Below, one piece after another: positions 59,565 to 64,000 of a stretch of DNA of 64,000 nucleotides. The position numbers and the translations under genes were made by a program. The stretch is from the NCBI GenBank assembly GCA_963823665.1, contig CAWGMQ010000004.1:1088001-1152000 (forward strand), given 5' to 3'. Each line of letters begins with the position of its first letter. Position 1 is the stretch's first letter. The stretch comes from an uncultured Planctomycetota bacterium (GTDB taxonomy: Bacteria > Planctomycetota > Planctomycetia > Isosphaerales > Isosphaeraceae). Below the pieces are notes generated by a model that worked only from the letters and a program-made list of their open reading frames with translations, was not told the DNA's origin and did not search any database.

Positions 59565-60557
59565 ATGGGCGGTAATGGATCTGTGATGAACGAGTGGAAG
59601 CTTCGCGAGCAGATGTGCGAAATCGGGCGCCGGATCTACGCCAAAGGATTTGCGGCGGCCAATGACGGCAACATCAGCTACCGGCTGAGCGACGACCGCG
59701 TGCTTTGCTCGCCCACGCGCGTGTCAAAAGGATACCTCAAGCCGGACGATCTGTGCATCGTTGACCTGGATGGCAACCAGGTATCCGGCAAGCGCAAGCG
59801 CTCGAGCGAGATCTTGCTGCACCTGACCGTCATGAAAGCGCGTGCCGACGTTCGCTCGGTTGTGCACTGTCATCCGCCGCATGCGACGGCATTTGCGGTT
59901 GCCCGCGAGCCGGTTCCGAAGTGCATCCTGCCGGAGATCGAGGTCTTCCTGGGCGAAATCGCGATTTCTCCTTATGAGACGCCGGGCGGACAGTCGTTTG
60001 CCGACACGGTGCTGCCGTTCGTCAAGGACACGGACACGATCCTGCTGGCCAACCACGGGACGCTCACTTATGGCAGCGACCTGGAGGATGCGTATTTCAA
60101 GACCGAGATCATCGACGCGTACTGCCGGATCTTGATCCTGGCGAAACAGATCGGCAGGGTGAACTACTACACGGACGAGAAGGCGGCGGAGCTGATCAAG
60201 TTAAAGCCGAAGCTTGGGATTCCCGACCCTCGGCTCGAGCGTGGACTGGAGAATTGCGACCTCTGCGGCAACAGCCTTTTCCGTGAAGGGTATGGGGAGC
60301 CGAGTCCCGAGCCTCGGGTCTTCATTCACCCCAAGATTGCCGGCAGCGTTCCCGACGTCTCGCCGATCGAGTCGGTGTTGACACCGCTGGCTTCCGACAT
60401 GCTCCGAGCGGCGAGTGCGGGTGGTTCCACACCTCACAGCTCGCTTCCGGGCAAGCCTTCTGCTAACGGCCATATCGCAACCGCCGCCGATCAGGAGGCC
60501 CTCGTGCAGACTATTACCGACCAGGTGATGCGGGCTTTGAACGGAACGGCCCGGTAA
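59565..60557 (+). CDS. Class II aldolase (fuculose/rhamnulose-1-phosphate aldolase-like)
   Basis: ANDGNIS, SSEILLH, VHCHPPHATAFA and LANHG motifs; C-terminal encapsulation-peptide-like helix. Confidence 0.92.
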   Translation: MGGNGSVMNEWKLREQMCEIGRRIYAKGFAAANDGNISYRLSDDRVLCSPTRVSKGYLKPDDLCIVDLDGNQVSGKRKRSSEILLHLTVMKARADVRSVVHCHPPHATAFAVAREPVPKCILPEIEVFLGEIAISPYETPGGQSFADTVLPFVKDTDTILLANHGTLTYGSDLEDAYFKTEIIDAYCRILILAKQIGRVNYYTDEKAAELIKLKPKLGIPDPRLERGLENCDLCGNSLFREGYGEPSPEPRVFIHPKIAGSVPDVSPIESVLTPLASDMLRAASAGGSTPHSSLPGKPSANGHIATAADQEALVQTITDQVMRALNGTAR

Positions 60558-60571
60558 GAGGAGATCACGCT

Positions 60572-61669
60572 ATGCAGGTCAGCATCATCGGTGGTGGCGG
60601 ACTGGTTGGCTCGTCGGCGGCCTTCGCGCTTCAATGCGGCGGGATCGTCAGCCACATCAATCTGATCGACTTGAATGCCGACGCGGCCCGTGGGCAGGCG
60701 CTCGATCTTTTGCACGGCGCGTCGCTCGTCGCCGACCAACGCATCCGCGCACGTGGTTACGAAGCCATACCCGAGAGCGACGTGGTGATCATCACGGCCG
60801 GACTGCGCCGCAAGCCGGACGAGCCGCGGCTGGCGCTGATCAACCGCAACGTCGAGCTGTTCGTCGAGATCCTGAGCCAGTGTTCTTCGGCGGGGTTCAA
60901 GAAGGATGCGATCGTGCTTGTCGTCTCGAATCCAGTGGATGTGCTCACGTACCTGGCTGTGAAGCGGCTCGATCTGCCGGCGGGCCAGGTGATCGGGCTG
61001 GGAACGCAGCTCGATACTGCAAGATTCCGCAGTCTGATTGCCGAGGCGATCGACGTGCCGCCGACGCAGGTGTCGGGCCTGATTCTGGGCGAGCACGGCG
61101 ACAGCATGGTGCCGATCTGGTCGGCGGCCCAGGCCGGCGGGCTGCCGCTGGAACGGTTTCCGCAGTGGAATGCCGGCCTTGCTGAATCGATCATCAAGCG
61201 GACGCGCGGCAGCGGGGCGGAAGTGATTTCGCTCAAGGGGGGGGCGGGGTTTGCGGTCGGCATCTCGATTCGCGAGGTGGTGCACTCGATTGCTCTCTCG
61301 CAGAGCCGCATTCTGCCGGTGTCGTCGCTCGTGAATGGACCATACGGCCTGCGCGACGTGTGCATTTCGGTGCCGACGGTCGTGGGACGCAAGGGTGTGG
61401 TTGATCAGCTCGAGATCGAGCTCTGGCCCAAGGAGATCTCGGCGCTCCAGCATTCCGCCGGAGTCCTCCGCGAGACAATTGACGCGGTGGCGAAGAGCAA
61501 CCCGAAGGTCACGCGCAGTGTGGCGGGCCCAGCGCCGCGGCGGGACGCGCCTGTGGCGAGCGGTTCGAAAACGAGCTCGCCGCGAGTGACGATGGGGTCT
61601 GCCGGTGGGAACGGCTTTGCAGGTCATTCGCGCGTCACCGTCTCGGGCCAGGCGAAAGGGAAACGATAG
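60572..61669 (+). CDS. Lactate/malate dehydrogenase family protein
   Basis: IIGGGGLVG, ITAGLRRKP, VSNPVD, LDTARF and GEHGDS motifs. Confidence 0.92.
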   Translation: MQVSIIGGGGLVGSSAAFALQCGGIVSHINLIDLNADAARGQALDLLHGASLVADQRIRARGYEAIPESDVVIITAGLRRKPDEPRLALINRNVELFVEILSQCSSAGFKKDAIVLVVSNPVDVLTYLAVKRLDLPAGQVIGLGTQLDTARFRSLIAEAIDVPPTQVSGLILGEHGDSMVPIWSAAQAGGLPLERFPQWNAGLAESIIKRTRGSGAEVISLKGGAGFAVGISIREVVHSIALSQSRILPVSSLVNGPYGLRDVCISVPTVVGRKGVVDQLEIELWPKEISALQHSAGVLRETIDAVAKSNPKVTRSVAGPAPRRDAPVASGSKTSSPRVTMGSAGGNGFAGHSRVTVSGQAKGKR

Positions 61670-61673
61670 CGCC

Positions 61674-62987
61674 ATGAAGAAGTCGCTCGACGCCAAGCTG
61701 GCCGCGATCCACAAGGACCCGGGCTGCCGCGAGTTCATCATCGCCGACGCCAAGGACGCCGACATGGCGCTTGGGATCGGTGCGCCGGGGCAATCTCCCG
61801 AGACGCACTCCGGCGAGCTTCGCTTCCGGACGCTCGAGGAATACCGCGAGCAGATGAGGCTGATCACCCGCTCGAAGTTAGTCGACATCATGCTCATGTC
61901 AGCGAGCACAAACTATGCATTAACGTTTGGTGAGCGCGTCTTCGACGATTCGCCGGTTACGCCGGCTGTTCGCGCCAATGATACGACCGACATCCATCTG
62001 GCCCGTGGGGCCACGTATCACGAGGAGCCCTCGCGGCCGTTCCGCACGGCCAGCATCGATCACATTCAGTGCGGGCACATGGATTGTGCACCGGAAGAAC
62101 GCGGGCGCGGTGCGAATCTGGGGCTTTATAGCGTCACATTCAATAACAACCTGGAGCGCGACCTGGAGACGCTTCAGCGGTTTCGCGACTTTCGCGAGGA
62201 GGCCGAACGGAAGGGCTTTCGGTATTTCCTGGAAGTGTTCGATTCGAACATGCCGGGAGCGGTGAAAGCCGAGGTGTTGCCGGGGTATACGAACGACATG
62301 ATCGCGCGCATGCTCGCGGGCGTTGCACCGGCGGGAAGACCGTTGTTTCTGAAGATGGTCTATCATGGACCGAAGGCGATGGAAGAGCTTGTTCGGTACG
62401 ACCCGCAACTGGTTGTTGGCATTCTGGGCGGATCGGCGGGCACGACCCGCGACGCTTTCCAGCTCCTGTACGACGCGCAGAAATACGGGGCGAAGGTCGC
62501 GCTATTCGGGCGCAAGATCAATAACGCAGAGAACCAGTTGGCGTTCGTGCATTTCCTGCGGCTGATCGTCGACGGCGGGCTTGGCCCGGAAGAGGCGGTG
62601 CGTGCCTACCATGCTGTGCTCGGCAAGCTCGGGCTGCGGCCGAATCGAGCGATTGATGACGACTTGCAACTGACCGACCAGGCGATGAGCTATGCGGGTG
62701 GGTCGCGCGTTGTGGTTCCGAAGAAAGCGGCTGGGGCGCCCGGTTCCGAGTGTGCGTGCAAGTCTCATGAGGTATCTCAGAAATCGGCTGCGGCGAACAA
62801 CGGGGCCGCGGGCGGATGCGAGTGCGAAGGCCCGAAGGTGACGGAGTCGAAGCCCGCGGCCGGCAGGGGGTACACAACGACGCAGGCGCGGGCATCCTTT
62901 TCTTCGAACGGCCACCCCGACTTCACGCGAATGAGCCCGGCTGAGCGACTGGCCTATCACCGGGAGCGGCTGGGCCTGGGGCGGTGA
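61674..62987 (+). CDS. Conserved hypothetical TIM-barrel protein, putative class I aldolase-like
   Basis: FLEVF, LFLKMVY (candidate Schiff-base Lys), ILGG and LFGRKI pattern; starts 4 bp after the LDH-like gene. Confidence 0.6.
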   Translation: MKKSLDAKLAAIHKDPGCREFIIADAKDADMALGIGAPGQSPETHSGELRFRTLEEYREQMRLITRSKLVDIMLMSASTNYALTFGERVFDDSPVTPAVRANDTTDIHLARGATYHEEPSRPFRTASIDHIQCGHMDCAPEERGRGANLGLYSVTFNNNLERDLETLQRFRDFREEAERKGFRYFLEVFDSNMPGAVKAEVLPGYTNDMIARMLAGVAPAGRPLFLKMVYHGPKAMEELVRYDPQLVVGILGGSAGTTRDAFQLLYDAQKYGAKVALFGRKINNAENQLAFVHFLRLIVDGGLGPEEAVRAYHAVLGKLGLRPNRAIDDDLQLTDQAMSYAGGSRVVVPKKAAGAPGSECACKSHEVSQKSAAANNGAAGGCECEGPKVTESKPAAGRGYTTTQARASFSSNGHPDFTRMSPAERLAYHRERLGLGR

Positions 62988-63045
62988 TTTTCGACAACTC
63001 TTCGTTTATGCTGGTCTTCGGCGCAAGGGCCGACTGAATTGAATC

Positions 63046-63128
63046 GTCAGGCTGAAGCCTGACCTACTTGATGGGCTTAGCGCCCGAGGGCCGCCCGAAG
63101 TGAATCGTCAGGCCGAAGCCTGACCTAC
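63046..63128 (-). repeat. Two tandem GTAG-type REP elements (61-bp period)
   Basis: GTCAGGCTGAAGCCTGACCTAC at 63046 and GTCAGGCCGAAGCCTGACCTAC at 63107. Confidence 0.75.
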
Positions 63129-63179
63129 TTGAAGGCTCGCCTCGAACAACAGGCTCCAGATCGATCAGGAAACACCTTC

Positions 63180-64000
63180 ATGATTCGCAGACTGAACACG
63201 TCATTGCCCTTGCTCATCGCTTTCGGCTGGGCGCTGGGATTTGGCGGGCCGGCTCATGTCTTCGGACAGGGCCTCGAGTATATCAAGGCGAATTATACGA
63301 AGTACGAGTATCGCATTCCGATGCGGGACGGCGTGCATCTCTTCACATCGGTGTATGTCCCGAAGGATGAATCGCAACGATATCCGATCATGCTCTCGCG
63401 CACGCCTTACGGCGTCGGCCCGTACGGCACTGACTCATTCAAGAGCAACCTCGGGCCCTCGTCTTTGTTTGGCAAGGAGGGCTACATCGTGGCCTACCAG
63501 GACGTGCGTGGGCGATACATGTCGGAGGGCGAGTTCGTGAACATGCGGCCGCATCGTCCGCAGAAGAGCAACCCGAAAGAGATCGATGAGAGCAGCGATA
63601 CGTTCGACACGATCGATTGGTTGATCAAGAATGTGCCTCATAACAATGAGCGGGTGGGACTTTGGGGCATCTCGTATCCCGGTTTCTACACGGCCGCCGG
63701 CATGATCGATGCGCATCCTGCGCTCAAGGCAGCATCGCCACAGGCGCCGGTGACGGACTGGTTTACTGGCGACGACTGGCATCACAATGGCGCGTTCCTG
63801 TTGCCGCACGCCTTCCATTTCATGGCTGGGTTCGGTCATCCGCGGCCAGAGCCGACCACGAGATCCCGAGATCGCTTCGATGCGGGCACGCCGGACGGCT
63901 ATGACTTCTTCTTGCGGATGGGACCGCTCTCGAACGTGAACGCCCGGTACTTCAAGGACGATGTGCCGTTCTGGAAGGAGCTCATGCAGCACGGAACTTA
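63180..64000 (+). CDS. CocE/NonD family hydrolase (alpha-amino acid ester hydrolase-like), truncated by window end
   Basis: Own translation: signal peptide, IPMRDGVHL, RTPYG, YQDVRGRYMSEG, GISYPG and DDWHHNGA. Absent from the ORF track because it runs off the end. Confidence 0.9.
   Translation, partial: MIRRLNTSLPLLIAFGWALGFGGPAHVFGQGLEYIKANYTKYEYRIPMRDGVHLFTSVYVPKDESQRYPIMLSRTPYGVGPYGTDSFKSNLGPSSLFGKEGYIVAYQDVRGRYMSEGEFVNMRPHRPQKSNPKEIDESSDTFDTIDWLIKNVPHNNERVGLWGISYPGFYTAAGMIDAHPALKAASPQAPVTDWFTGDDWHHNGAFLLPHAFHFMAGFGHPRPEPTTRSRDRFDAGTPDGYDFFLRMGPLSNVNARYFKDDVPFWKELMQHGT

Noticed and set aside
60491..61909. Long reverse-strand ORFs (also 40509-41987, 42551-43654, 32675-33829)
   Set aside because: Antisense to well-supported genes.
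63030..63130. REP tandems (also 30042-30096 and 49240-49364) as mini-CRISPR arrays
   Set aside because: Only two units each, similar or too-short spacers, GTAG-REP structure and no cas genes.

Overview
A GC-rich chromosomal window from a Planctomycete, probably Isosphaeraceae/Singulisphaera-like. The assignment is inferred from gene content: DUF4058 and Uma2 nucleases, LExRxLL-type surface proteins, PEP-CTERM, ECF sigma/Ser-Thr kinase pairs and a PV-type microcompartment. Housekeeping genes are a grpE-like gene, tpx, mnmG, a ROK kinase and mutM. Signalling genes are an HTH-REC regulator with an HDOD kinase, a HAMP kinase, two STK-TPR proteins, two ECF sigma factors and a BlaI/BlaR1 pair. There are two large surface proteins and a complete fucose/rhamnose-type metabolosome locus (53.2-63.0 kb) with three BMC-H, three BMC-P and an extra putative class I aldolase. 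Non-coding structure is rich. An IS1182 element sits exactly in the loop of a REP hairpin, and a TIR/TTA-bounded MITE lies upstream of two DUF4058 genes. Several REP families occur, one of them translated in-frame inside a protein. A tandem-duplicated unit with conserved flanks and different cargo spans 0.6-5.6 kb, and 9-bp direct repeats overlap the promoter of a BldC/Xis-like regulator. About a dozen single-base frameshifts, including one in mnmG, most likely reflect assembly error. No rRNA, tRNA or CRISPR array was seen.
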